Virus record (IMG/VR): IMGVR_UViG_3300028393_000022
Origin: a virus
Reading direction: 5' to 3' (one strand)
DNA: 64,000 bases
Shown here piece after piece: positions 17,692 to 28,114 of this stretch. The translations under genes were made by a program, and so were the position numbers. The notes under the pieces are model-generated. The model was given only the letters and a program-made list of their open reading frames with translations, had not been told where the DNA came from and searched no databases. The number at the start of each line of letters is the position of its first letter. Position 1 is the stretch's first letter.

Positions 17692-20600
17692 ATGGCATTT
17701 TCATCTCCGACACAAGACTTTGTTGTAACATCTGGTTTAAATGTCCAAGGCACCTCTACAGTAACAAGCTCAACCGGTAATACATCTACTCTACAGGTAG
17801 CAGGCGGAGCGGCTGTTGCAAAAAATCTTATAGTAGGTACTACATCTCAACTATACGGAGATGTTACAGCATTTAGTAATTTAGAAGTTAAAGGCACAAT
17901 ACCTTACTTAAATATTACTGGTACTTCTAATTTAACCGTTGTAAGTGCAGGTGTTGTTACAGCTACACAATTAGATGTTGTCACTAGGCTGGCAGTAGGC
18001 GGATTAAGTCAACTTAATAATGCAACAATAGCCAATGGTACAAATTCAACGTCTTCTACTACTGGTGCATTACAGGTAACAGGCGGAGTTGGGATACAAA
18101 AAGATTTGTGGGTAGGCGGCCAAGCATTTGTAAACGGATATCAAGTATTAACTACTGCAAACATTATTGCCAGCACGCTACAAGCAGTTACATTACAAGG
18201 CTCATCCACAACTGTTGCAATATCAATATTAAACACTACAAGTTCTACGTCAACTAATACTGGCGCTTTACAAATTACTGGTGGTGCAGGAATTGGCGGA
18301 GCATTATGGGCCGGGTTAACTAGTTATGTAGCCGATGCACAAATTATTACCACTGCCACATTGTCACAATTTGGTGTAACATCGATTACTGCTGGGACAG
18401 ATACTGCAATCAATACCAGTACCGGTGCAATTACTATTTGGAATACCAGTACTTTACAAACTATAACTAGTAGAGGCAATACTACAGATAGATTAATTAG
18501 TATTACAAACACTGCCTCTAGCACATTAACCAATACTAATAATGCATTATATGTAAACGGCGGCGCATGGATTACCAAAGACTTAACAGTTGGCGGAAGT
18601 ATTGCAGGTGTTACTGCTACTATCACACAGGTGTACGGCACCAGTGCGCAATTTTTTGGTGATACTAACGGATTTGGTGCATTGTATGCAGGTATTCCTG
18701 TGGGTTTTACAGTACTACCAAGCACAGTATTACAACTAACTGCTAATATTGCTGACTATGCACAGAGTAATTTTCAAAATATCAACAACAGCCCTAAGGC
18801 CAGCACTGATTGGGTACTGACTAGTGCAGATGGCGAAAACTTTGCTAATTTTATTGACATGGCTATTGCCAGTGGTACATGGGACGGCTCACAAGATGGC
18901 AGTATTGGAACAGCAGTTGGCCCCAATGATGGATATTTATATGTGCAGGGAAATACAACTAATCCAGGACAAGGCAATTTAGTTATTGGTGCAAGTTCTA
19001 CAGGCAGTGTTGTTCGATTTTTTGCAGGCGGTATAGGTTCACAGTCTATTGTTGCAACCATTAACGCACCTAATACTACATCAACTTCTACTGGAACTGG
19101 TGCTTTTATATTAAAAGGTGGAGCCGGCATTAGCGGCAATATCAATGTTGGTGGCACAATTACTATATCAAGTACAGCATCAAATACGTCTACCCTTATA
19201 TCTAATGCTTTATATGTTGCAGGCGGAGTCGGCATTGCAAAATCATTATTGGTTACAGGACCAGCGATATTTCAAAATAATGTTACATTTAGTGGTGCTA
19301 CTACCTATGTATACAGCACCAACACTGTTTACACTGATAACATTATTGAACTACATAGTCCGGGGATATCATCTAGTACATGGTTAGTTGACGACGGCAC
19401 GGATATTGGTTTTAAAATCCATTACTATAACAACGGCGACCAAAATGCTGCACTAATTTTATCTAACAATTCAAAATATTTAGAATGGTTTTCAACTGGC
19501 GTGGAAAGCACCGGAACAAGCACTGTATTTTCAGCCGGTAATTATGGTATATTTAAAACTGGTGGAATAATATTAACAAACACCACGGTATCTAATAGTA
19601 CAACAACAGGCGCATTAATTGTAGCAGGAGGTGTAGGTGTTGGCGGAACAATCAATGCTACAAATATGTACAGTGGCGGAAGCCTAGTACTTACTACCAG
19701 TAATGTCAATAGCTATGTAACAGCCGGTGTTAGTAGTATTATTGCGGGCACTGATACTGCAATTAGTAGCTCAACAGGTGCGGTAACAATTTGGAATACT
19801 GGCACATTACAGAGTGTGACTGCTCGTGGTGCAACAACTAATAAAGCAATCAGTATTACGAATACTACTAGTTCAACATCGACAACCACTGGTGCGTTCA
19901 CTGTAACAGGGGGTGCAGGCGTCGGCGGAGCATTGTATGCAGGATCTTTATATGATTCCGGTAACAGAGTATTAACATCTGTAACTGGTTACGGTTCTAC
20001 TTATATCAGTGTAACTAATTCTTCAACTGGGGTAACCGCAGTCTTTACAGTGACCAACTTAGGTGTAACGAACTTAACTGGTACTACATACCTATCTGTT
20101 AGCTCAAGTACTGGAAGTGTGACGTTGACCAACTTAGGTGTAACGAACTTAACTGGTACTACATACCTATCTGTTAGCTCAAGTACTGGAAGTGTGACGT
20201 TGACCAACTTAGGTGTTCAAACATTAACGGCTGGCACTGATACATCAGTAAGCTCGAGTACAGGAACTGTAACTGTTTGGAATACGAGCACATTACAAAC
20301 AATAACAAGTAGAGGTTCTTCTTCGTCTAATGCAATCAGTATTACAAATTCGACCAGTGCTACTTCGACTGCTACCGGCGCACTACAAGTTTATGGCGGT
20401 GTTGGTATTGGCGGCAATTTATATGTTGGCGGAACATTGTATGCAACTATAGCAGGTAATATTACCACTGCTACCAATTTAACTGGTGGTACTGCCGGAC
20501 AAGTTCCTTATCAAACAGCACCGGGTGTAACAAGTTTCTACGGACCAGGTACTGCTGGCAATGTACTAGTCAGCAATGGAACAAATGCTCCTACATACAA

Positions 20601-21510
20601 TAATACACTAACGTTGGCCAGTATTGTTACAAGTACGTCAACTAGTACAGGTGCGTTAGTAGTAACAGGAGGTGTTGGCATTGGCGGCGCATTGTATGTA
20701 GGAACATCGTCGTATATTAATGGCTCACTAATAATAACAACTGCTACAATAAATCAGTACGCTAGTCAAACAACAATAACTGCTGGTACTGATACTGCGG
20801 TTAATACAAGTACTGGTGCTGTTACAATTTGGAATACTGGTACATTACAGTCAGTTACTGGTAGAGGTTCTACAACCACTAATGCAATTAGCATTACAAA
20901 TACTGCAAGTTCAACTTCAACTACGACTGGTGCGTTAGTAGTAACAGGAGGTGTTGGCATTGGCGGTAATTTAAATGTGGGCGGTACGGTTATTGGCGGC
21001 GGCATTAGAAGTACATCTAGCCCTACAGCACCAACCAGTCCAGCGCCCGTAGTGGGAGACATTTGGTATAATACATCAACCGATGATGTTTATCGATTTA
21101 CAAGTGACGGAACTAGCACTTATTGGTTAGATATGTCTGGACCAACTGTATCGGGGACTGTTAGAATTAGCCAATATGTACCTTTTGTGTATACCACTTC
21201 TAGTATTGCTGCTGCTGTCATCAATGTAAATATTACAGACCAATATAATATCACATCATTATCGACTGCTACTACTTTTAGTACCACATCTACTACTAAC
21301 CCCAACGACGGTCAAAAATTAATGATAAGAGTATTAGACAACGGAACATCACAAACATTAACATGGACAACAGGTACTACAAACTCTTTTAGAATAATTG
21401 GAGTGACGCTACCTACTAACACTGTTGCTTCAAAACTTGTTTACGTTGGATGTGTATACAATGCTTCTAGCAGCCGCTGGGATGTCGTTGCAGTTGGTCA
21501 GGAAGTTTAA
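17692..21510 (+). CDS. long Ser/Thr-rich fibre protein
   Basis: many STSTTTGAL(Q/V)VxGGxGIGG and AGTDTxxxxSTGAVTIWNTxTLQxxTxRG repeats. Confidence 0.75.
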   Translation: MAFSSPTQDFVVTSGLNVQGTSTVTSSTGNTSTLQVAGGAAVAKNLIVGTTSQLYGDVTAFSNLEVKGTIPYLNITGTSNLTVVSAGVVTATQLDVVTRLAVGGLSQLNNATIANGTNSTSSTTGALQVTGGVGIQKDLWVGGQAFVNGYQVLTTANIIASTLQAVTLQGSSTTVAISILNTTSSTSTNTGALQITGGAGIGGALWAGLTSYVADAQIITTATLSQFGVTSITAGTDTAINTSTGAITIWNTSTLQTITSRGNTTDRLISITNTASSTLTNTNNALYVNGGAWITKDLTVGGSIAGVTATITQVYGTSAQFFGDTNGFGALYAGIPVGFTVLPSTVLQLTANIADYAQSNFQNINNSPKASTDWVLTSADGENFANFIDMAIASGTWDGSQDGSIGTAVGPNDGYLYVQGNTTNPGQGNLVIGASSTGSVVRFFAGGIGSQSIVATINAPNTTSTSTGTGAFILKGGAGISGNINVGGTITISSTASNTSTLISNALYVAGGVGIAKSLLVTGPAIFQNNVTFSGATTYVYSTNTVYTDNIIELHSPGISSSTWLVDDGTDIGFKIHYYNNGDQNAALILSNNSKYLEWFSTGVESTGTSTVFSAGNYGIFKTGGIILTNTTVSNSTTTGALIVAGGVGVGGTINATNMYSGGSLVLTTSNVNSYVTAGVSSIIAGTDTAISSSTGAVTIWNTGTLQSVTARGATTNKAISITNTTSSTSTTTGAFTVTGGAGVGGALYAGSLYDSGNRVLTSVTGYGSTYISVTNSSTGVTAVFTVTNLGVTNLTGTTYLSVSSSTGSVTLTNLGVTNLTGTTYLSVSSSTGSVTLTNLGVQTLTAGTDTSVSSSTGTVTVWNTSTLQTITSRGSSSSNAISITNSTSATSTATGALQVYGGVGIGGNLYVGGTLYATIAGNITTATNLTGGTAGQVPYQTAPGVTSFYGPGTAGNVLVSNGTNAPTYNNTLTLASIVTSTSTSTGALVVTGGVGIGGALYVGTSSYINGSLIITTATINQYASQTTITAGTDTAVNTSTGAVTIWNTGTLQSVTGRGSTTTNAISITNTASSTSTTTGALVVTGGVGIGGNLNVGGTVIGGGIRSTSSPTAPTSPAPVVGDIWYNTSTDDVYRFTSDGTSTYWLDMSGPTVSGTVRISQYVPFVYTTSSIAAAVINVNITDQYNITSLSTATTFSTTSTTNPNDGQKLMIRVLDNGTSQTLTWTTGTTNSFRIIGVTLPTNTVASKLVYVGCVYNASSSRWDVVAVGQEV
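20051..20216 (+). repeat. exact 75-bp tandem repeat, 2.2 copies
   Basis: unit starts at 20051, 20126 and 20201; encodes TNLGVTNLTGTTYLSVSSSTGSVTL. Confidence 0.95.
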
Positions 21511-22323
21511 ATGATTGTATATTCAAGAGTAATAAATGGCATGATAAATACCACGGCACTAGAACCTTATACAAGTGATACTAGCAGTGATTTTTGGTTT
21601 GAACATAGCAGCGATATAAAGTATGCACCCGGTGATATATATATCTCACCAGACACAAATGCTCCTAGACCACCATCTGCTTGGGGTGCAACAAGTATGG
21701 ATGCTGAACCACTAACCTTTATAGCAAACACATGGTCTAATATGCGTGATAAGGTAACCATTATACCTAATTTTATTACACCAGACGAATGTGATATATT
21801 AAATCGATGGACTAAAAAAGCTGTTGATTTAAAATGGCTTGATTTTGGTATCACAAACAATCAAGTTGTTTATCAATCTAGATTAACTACTAGAATGTAT
21901 GGGCATAGATTTGATAAGTATCCAGACTTAGCCTATACCATCCGTGATCAAATTCGTGCCGCATTAAATATATTTGATTTACCTATCAGCACGAATGGAG
22001 GCGGTAGAGAAGGAATTGTAGTCAGTAGTACACTACCGGGCGGTGATGTATATCAGCATGTAGATGGTAAAGAAGGTGACTTAGAATTACTTCGTTGTAA
22101 TATTATATCACAAGCTGCCGAATCGGGTGCAGAATTAACAGTAGCCGACAAATTTTATGATGTACAATGTGGAGATTTACATTGTTATTTGGCAAGTAAA
22201 CATCTGCATAAAGTTAGTATGGTTAGTGGTAGTCGCCCACGTACATTGTGGATGTTTGGGTTTCAAATAAACGAAAGTGATTGGGAAAATAATGCTAAAC
22301 GAAGATATTATATTAGTAAGTAA
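21511..22323 (+). CDS. 2OG-Fe(II) oxygenase (prolyl-hydroxylase-like) with an N-terminal extension
   Basis: IIPNFITPDEC start motif, HxD (QHVD), distal His (LHKV) and Arg (PRTL). Confidence 0.8.
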   Translation: MIVYSRVINGMINTTALEPYTSDTSSDFWFEHSSDIKYAPGDIYISPDTNAPRPPSAWGATSMDAEPLTFIANTWSNMRDKVTIIPNFITPDECDILNRWTKKAVDLKWLDFGITNNQVVYQSRLTTRMYGHRFDKYPDLAYTIRDQIRAALNIFDLPISTNGGGREGIVVSSTLPGGDVYQHVDGKEGDLELLRCNIISQAAESGAELTVADKFYDVQCGDLHCYLASKHLHKVSMVSGSRPRTLWMFGFQINESDWENNAKRRYYISK

Positions 22324-22669
22324 TTTATGGGTCAAACAAATGCATTTTGAAGATACAGGTGATACCATGCAGGGTCACTCGCACAAATTTGATCATCCCA
22401 CCCTAGTGGCATATGGCAGTGTGCGTGTAACCGTGGAGGGTGTTGATACAGTTTTTAAAGCACCACATATTATTTTTATTTCAAAAGATAAACTTCACGA
22501 AATTACTGCTTTAGAGCCTGGCACAGTGGCCTACTGTATTCATCCAATTCGCGGTGAACGCCAAGAAGATATTTTTGCACACAATCAAATACCGGCTGGC
22601 ATCGAGCACCCTATAAATATTTTGAATGATAGTGATCAACTGCTTTTAAATTCTACAATACAGGATTAA
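22292..22669 (+). CDS. cupin-domain protein
   Basis: GHSHKFDH..GSVRV and LHEITALE cupin His motifs. Confidence 0.75.
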   Translation: MLNEDIILVSNLWVKQMHFEDTGDTMQGHSHKFDHPTLVAYGSVRVTVEGVDTVFKAPHIIFISKDKLHEITALEPGTVAYCIHPIRGERQEDIFAHNQIPAGIEHPINILNDSDQLLLNSTIQD

Positions 22670-22672
22670 TTG

Positions 22673-24433
22673 ATGGCAACTGTTGTAATAGCCTTAACCG
22701 CTGCCACTATTGGTAACACTGGTATCTGGTATGCTCCTGTGGATTGCAACGGCAGTATTACGGTGGAACTCATTGGCCCCGGGGGTCGCGGCGGCGGAGC
22801 CTATACTAAAAATACACTTGGTGCAGGTCCGGGCAAAAAATTCTATGTTAATTTTTTAGAAAATACCTGGATAAATACCACAAATGCTGTGCCCACAAAT
22901 GCCTTGCTTGGTGCCAAAGCTGCTGGCGCATCTACTAGCACTGGTGCCGGTGGCCTAGCAAGTGCCTGCATACCAAATATCTTAGGTGTAACATTTAGTG
23001 GCGGCAACGGTCCGACCCCAGACTTCGGGAACAACTCGCCCGCCTCTAGCTCTGGGCAAGGTTGTGGAGGCGCTGCCGGGCCAAGTGGCCCTGGCGGCAA
23101 TGGTGTAGCTTCACCGTCATTGGGGACACCCGGAGACGGCGGCAGTAGCAACGGTCATGCTGTTGGCTATAATGGCGGTACTGTTAGTTCCCCGTTGGGT
23201 AAAAAAGAAGTCATATATACAGATTTTGCAGGTAATGGATATGGACCAGCCAGCGGCGCCAATGGCGGCAACTACGTAACCAGCAAATCCGGCAACTATT
23301 ATGCTCTTCAGGGTTTTGGTACTGCCTCTGGCGGCGGCGGCTACAATCCTACGCCTAATAATGGACTCATTATTATTACCTACACTCCCACGCAAATTCC
23401 AGGTACATATACAGAGGTATTTGTTAATCCCGGAACGGCACCTTGGCGCACTCCGGCGGGTGTGATATCTATAAAAGCTGAAGCAATTGGTGGTGGCGGC
23501 AGTGGCATTGGCGGTGGCGGTTATGGCGGCGGCCCCAGCGGCGCAGGTGGTGGTGGTGGTGGCGCGTATGCGGCCACCACCGCAATAACAGTGTCAACTG
23601 GAACTATTGCGTATATTACAGTTGCTTCTAGTATGGTACCGGGGGTCGGCGGCGGTGGAGATTCTTGGTTTAATCTCTCAAACAGCCCACCAACTACATC
23701 AACAACAGGCGTCCTCGCCAGTGGCGCAAGAAGTGGCGCTAGCAATGCCGCTACCAATCAGGGGACTGCTGCTAACAGCATCGGTGATACAAAATTTAGC
23801 GGCGGCAGCGGCGGCGTTAACGTTAGGCCAGATGTATACCCTAGTTCGGCAGGGGGCGGCGGCAGTGGTGGACCCGGCGGTGCAGGCGGCCGAGGCGGTA
23901 ACGACTTTGGCTCATACGGCGATTTTTCAGGCGGTGGAGGTGGTGGCGGCGCGGGTGGAGCAGCTGGTAACACTGACGGAGCTTCTGCATCCGGCTTTGG
24001 CTTTGGCAGCACTGCTGCTACCGGTGGCGCAGGAGGTAAAGGATCGGCGGCTGGAACAGCAGCCGCCGGAGGAACCCTAACTTCACCAGCCGCACCTGGT
24101 AGTGCTGGAGGCGGCGGCGGAGGAGGAGGCTCAAATTATACAACCGGAGCTTCGGGTAGTGTATATCCGTATTGGACTAATCCGATAGGCGAAATCTTTG
24201 GCCCAAGCGGCGGCGGTGGCGGCTCTGGCAGGACCTATTCAACTACTCGAACAATTCCAGGAGCAGGCGGAACATACGGCGGAGGCGGCGGCGGTGGCGG
24301 CGCAACAGGTAGCGGATCTACGTATAACACTACTCCCGGCGCCAGCGGCGGACAAGGCTTGGTTGTACTTACATACACTGTGTCATCTGATGGTGCCGCT
24401 GCTTCCAATAACATCTTTATGATGTTCTTTTAA
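22673..24433 (+). CDS. glycine-rich putative adhesin / fibre tip protein
   Basis: two blocks beginning VELIGPGG and AEAIGGGG, with poly-Gly runs and GxxGLVIITY-type ends; TATAAATA at 22612. Confidence 0.65.
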   Translation: MATVVIALTAATIGNTGIWYAPVDCNGSITVELIGPGGRGGGAYTKNTLGAGPGKKFYVNFLENTWINTTNAVPTNALLGAKAAGASTSTGAGGLASACIPNILGVTFSGGNGPTPDFGNNSPASSSGQGCGGAAGPSGPGGNGVASPSLGTPGDGGSSNGHAVGYNGGTVSSPLGKKEVIYTDFAGNGYGPASGANGGNYVTSKSGNYYALQGFGTASGGGGYNPTPNNGLIIITYTPTQIPGTYTEVFVNPGTAPWRTPAGVISIKAEAIGGGGSGIGGGGYGGGPSGAGGGGGGAYAATTAITVSTGTIAYITVASSMVPGVGGGGDSWFNLSNSPPTTSTTGVLASGARSGASNAATNQGTAANSIGDTKFSGGSGGVNVRPDVYPSSAGGGGSGGPGGAGGRGGNDFGSYGDFSGGGGGGGAGGAAGNTDGASASGFGFGSTAATGGAGGKGSAAGTAAAGGTLTSPAAPGSAGGGGGGGGSNYTTGASGSVYPYWTNPIGEIFGPSGGGGGSGRTYSTTRTIPGAGGTYGGGGGGGGATGSGSTYNTTPGASGGQGLVVLTYTVSSDGAAASNNIFMMFF

Positions 24434-24505
24434 AACTCATTCATGCTTAATATTACAAAGAAATTACCGATAAATAGAACTATATTGTAAAATAGGATAA
24501 TATAA

Positions 24506-27400
24506 ATGAGTTTTCCACTATCCCCGTCAAATAATCAAACTGCCGTATTGAATGGACAAACATACATCTATAGCAGTTCTAACTTGTCGTGGACTCGTAT
24601 TGTTCAATATGTTACAGCCACTACTAGTTTGTTAGTAACTGGAAATACTCAGGCAACTGCAACTAATACAGGTGCTCTACAGGTCATTGGTGGCACAGGC
24701 ATCGGCGGCAATTTATGGGTTGGCGGAACAATTTACGGGTCAATAGCAGGCCCAGTCTTGGGAACTATTACATCGGCTACAAATATCAGTGGTGGTACCG
24801 CCGGGCAATTACTTTATCAATCGGCCACAAATATTACAGCATTTGTCAGCACAGGTACTTTGGGCAACGTTTTGGTTAGTAACGGAACAAATGCTCCTAC
24901 ATATAATAACACACTGACATTGACTGGTACAACTGCATCTGTATCAACTAACACAGGTGCGTTACAAGTAGTAGGTGGTGTTGGTGTAGGAGGCGATTTA
25001 TATCTAAGTGGAACCATTACTCAAGTTGGCGGTACGCACGCTACTTTAGCAACTACTTATAATTTAATTAATACAACTGCAACCACTGTTAACTTTGCTG
25101 GTGCGGCCACTACAATTATTATGGGTGCTAGTAACAACGGCACTACTACTGTAAGAAACAATTTAGTTGTATCGGGCAACTTGACTATCCAAGGTACCAC
25201 GACTATCGTTGATAGTACAGTTACCAATATCGCAGATCCTATTATTACGCTAGGTGGTGGTGCTGGTAATGCTGCACCCACTGCGGACGATAACAAAGAT
25301 CGTGGTGTTGCATTTAAATGGGTCAACAATAGTGGTTCTACTAGTACAGGTTTCTTTGGTTATAAAGATACTACTGGTTATTTTACCTATATTACCACGG
25401 CCACAATCACAGGTGAGGTAGTCAGCGGAACCAAAGGGGCAATGGATGTAAACCTAGCAGGCGGAACAGCTATGTCTATTGTTTACCAAAGCTCACCAGA
25501 TAACACAGCTTTCTTAGCAGCTAGCACCAGCGGATATATATTACAAACTAACGGAACCGGTAGTCCGCCTACTTGGGTATCAGCTAGTGGTGTCAGTGCA
25601 GGTAGTGCAACCTATGCTGACAACGTTAGAACAGTTCAACAAACAGGTAATGCAAGTTATTATCCAACTTTTGTAAGTGCTAACAATGCTAGTAACGCAT
25701 ATATGCCAGTGTATACTACTGCTAGTTTTGTTATTAATCCGATGACCGGCAACGTGGGTATTAGTACTACTACTCCAAATTCTAGACTAGATATTAGATT
25801 TGCAGCCTTAACAACATCAACTCAACTTAATCACATTTTATTGCAGTCTCTTGCAGACGGTGCCAGTAATGCTCTTGGTGCTCGTACTGGTATTACTTTT
25901 AATAATAGAACAGTTGATTATACTAGTTCTGGAGGATTAAGTACATCTGGTATATACGGTATCAATGCCGATCCTGCTACTTATGTTTACGGCAGAGCAA
26001 TGGGGCTGGTGTTTTATACTTCAGCAATGGATGCAGCCGCCACAGAAAAGTTACGCATTACCAGCAACGGCGGCGTGAGTTTTGGAACTAGCGGTACTGC
26101 ATACGGCACAGCTGGGCAAATACTACAAAGCAATGGCGATGCCGCACCAACTTGGGTTCCAGTAAGCAGTGCAACAGTAGGTACAAGTACTCAAGTACAA
26201 ACGGTGGCAACAATTACCAATGCCAGTCATTATCTAACATTTGTTGATAGTAATAATGCTAGTGCTACTGCCGAAACAGTCTATACTACTAGCAGTTTTG
26301 TAGTTAATCCATCAACAAGATTTGTTGGTATTGGCACATCTGTACCTAGTAGTAAATTCCATGTATTAGGTGCAGGAACAACATCTTTACCTTCTAAACG
26401 TGGTGGTGGATTTACATCAGTATACATAGAAAACAACACAGCCGCAACAGATGCATATTTAGAAATAGCTAACACAGCAACTAACAGCATGGGATTGTTG
26501 TTTAGTAAAGGCTCTGCATCTGGACCTTATGGGTTAATTAACTATAATAACAGTACTGATGTAATGTCATTATATACGTCTGCTACAATTGCTATGTATA
26601 TAGACGGTAGTCAAAATATATTAATAGGTACTGCTTCACAGTTAAACACTGGTTTTACTAACAGATTAAACGTTAGCGGAAGTATTGTAGCTGGAAATGC
26701 TTCCAGTACCAACGGTTCTATTTTAATGCAGGGACAATACGGAACTGGGGCAATCACTGTATTAGGCACAGAATATAGTAGTGGCGGACCAGTATTAAGT
26801 TACGGAGTATACCCAAGCACTGCGGGCACAGGAGCATTTTTTAGCTCATCAGGATTAGCATTAACTAGAGCCGCATACACACAAGCTGGAAACTCGCACC
26901 AATGGTATGTAGGTGCTAGTCAAACTGTTGCAATAGGCAGTGCTGTCACAATGACTAATCCAATGATATTAAATGCTAGTGGGTTACAGGCCGTTAGCTT
27001 AGGAATTGGTACAGCACCGAGTGGTACGACTGGTGAAATACGTGCTACTAACGAAATCACAGCCTACTACAGTTCAGACCGTAGACTTAAAGAAAATATC
27101 CATGTTATCAGCAATCCTATAAGTATAGTAGAACAGATTAGGGGTGTTAGATTTGACTGGACTGATGAGCACATGCAAAGCCGTGGCGGTGAGGACGGCT
27201 ATTTTGTACGTAAACACGATATCGGAGTTATAGCACAAGAAGTTGAAGCAGTATTACCAGAAATTGTTGCCACAAGAGAAGATGGAACCAAAGTGGTTAA
27301 ATATGAGAAGCTTGTAGCCTTGTTAATTGAAGCTGTTAAAGATCAGCAACAACAAATTAATCAGATCTCGCAGGCCCTACAAAACCTAGCCAATAAATAG
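24506..27400 (+). CDS. tail fibre with C-terminal intramolecular chaperone (peptidase S74)
   Basis: YSSDRRLKENI..GVIAQEVEAVLPE..YEKLVALLIEAVK; late box at 24471. Confidence 0.88.
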   Translation: MSFPLSPSNNQTAVLNGQTYIYSSSNLSWTRIVQYVTATTSLLVTGNTQATATNTGALQVIGGTGIGGNLWVGGTIYGSIAGPVLGTITSATNISGGTAGQLLYQSATNITAFVSTGTLGNVLVSNGTNAPTYNNTLTLTGTTASVSTNTGALQVVGGVGVGGDLYLSGTITQVGGTHATLATTYNLINTTATTVNFAGAATTIIMGASNNGTTTVRNNLVVSGNLTIQGTTTIVDSTVTNIADPIITLGGGAGNAAPTADDNKDRGVAFKWVNNSGSTSTGFFGYKDTTGYFTYITTATITGEVVSGTKGAMDVNLAGGTAMSIVYQSSPDNTAFLAASTSGYILQTNGTGSPPTWVSASGVSAGSATYADNVRTVQQTGNASYYPTFVSANNASNAYMPVYTTASFVINPMTGNVGISTTTPNSRLDIRFAALTTSTQLNHILLQSLADGASNALGARTGITFNNRTVDYTSSGGLSTSGIYGINADPATYVYGRAMGLVFYTSAMDAAATEKLRITSNGGVSFGTSGTAYGTAGQILQSNGDAAPTWVPVSSATVGTSTQVQTVATITNASHYLTFVDSNNASATAETVYTTSSFVVNPSTRFVGIGTSVPSSKFHVLGAGTTSLPSKRGGGFTSVYIENNTAATDAYLEIANTATNSMGLLFSKGSASGPYGLINYNNSTDVMSLYTSATIAMYIDGSQNILIGTASQLNTGFTNRLNVSGSIVAGNASSTNGSILMQGQYGTGAITVLGTEYSSGGPVLSYGVYPSTAGTGAFFSSSGLALTRAAYTQAGNSHQWYVGASQTVAIGSAVTMTNPMILNASGLQAVSLGIGTAPSGTTGEIRATNEITAYYSSDRRLKENIHVISNPISIVEQIRGVRFDWTDEHMQSRGGEDGYFVRKHDIGVIAQEVEAVLPEIVATREDGTKVVKYEKLVALLIEAVKDQQQQINQISQALQNLANK

Positions 27401-27420
27401 GAGGCCGCTAGAGAAAACTT

Positions 27421-27645
27421 ATGGCAACATTACCCGCAACAGGATCGCAGATATCATTTGGACAAGTTAACCGAGTCTTTACTAACCAAACTCCGGGTGC
27501 GGCTGGTAACGCTCCGGCCGGTGGTCAAAACATTAAACTAAGTGCAGTATTGGGTAATAATGCCACTTACGGTATTGGACAGACAGCTGGTACGCAAATT
27601 AAATTCTCAGCAACATTCGGCGGCAAAACCGGACCTTACGCATAA
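27421..27645 (+). CDS. small fibre-associated protein
   Basis: GGAGG SD; begins MATLPATGSQISFG, directly after the S74 fibre. Confidence 0.6.
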   Translation: MATLPATGSQISFGQVNRVFTNQTPGAAGNAPAGGQNIKLSAVLGNNATYGIGQTAGTQIKFSATFGGKTGPYA

Positions 27646-27646
27646 C

Positions 27647-28114
27647 ATGAAAACTGAACAAATAACAGACCTATTATCAAAAATCAACACAAGCCCTAGC
27701 AAATGGGAATTAGACACTGTTGTATATTATGACAGAACGACTAATCCCGCTACACTTGCAGCATTCTTAACAAGAATACAAACACTCCAATCAATTGAGG
27801 GCACTGTCAGTGAACAGCAGGAACTAGTGCATCTTTTAGAATTATTGGAAGAACTTGATGAGGAAGAATGTTTTGAACTTATTGAACGACCTGATGAAGA
27901 CTCTAAAAATCAATTTATTGAAGATTTGGCCAGAACCAGTGCTATTGAAATCCTAACTGGCGGAAAAATAAACTTCGAAACAATGAATACCGCTTGCAAA
28001 TTGTCACCTAATGACTTTATACTATGTGCTAAACGTACCCAAGATTTAATCAATGCCGTGCAGGGATTGGTTGTTAAAGGTGAAACACTTAGTATGGATG
28101 TCGCAGGCACATGA
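27647..28114 (+). CDS. hypothetical helical protein
   Basis: start at MKTEQ 1 nt after the previous stop; ATGA overlap with the next gene. Confidence 0.6.
   Translation: MKTEQITDLLSKINTSPSKWELDTVVYYDRTTNPATLAAFLTRIQTLQSIEGTVSEQQELVHLLELLEELDEEECFELIERPDEDSKNQFIEDLARTSAIEILTGGKINFETMNTACKLSPNDFILCAKRTQDLINAVQGLVVKGETLSMDVAGT

Noticed and set aside
20051-20216. Tandem repeats as a possible CRISPR array
   Set aside because: The copies are contiguous, in-frame and have no unique spacers; the same applies to 3148-3229
17692-27400. Diversity-generating retroelement acting on the fibres
   Set aside because: No reverse transcriptase in the window, and I saw no template/variable repeat pair differing only at adenines
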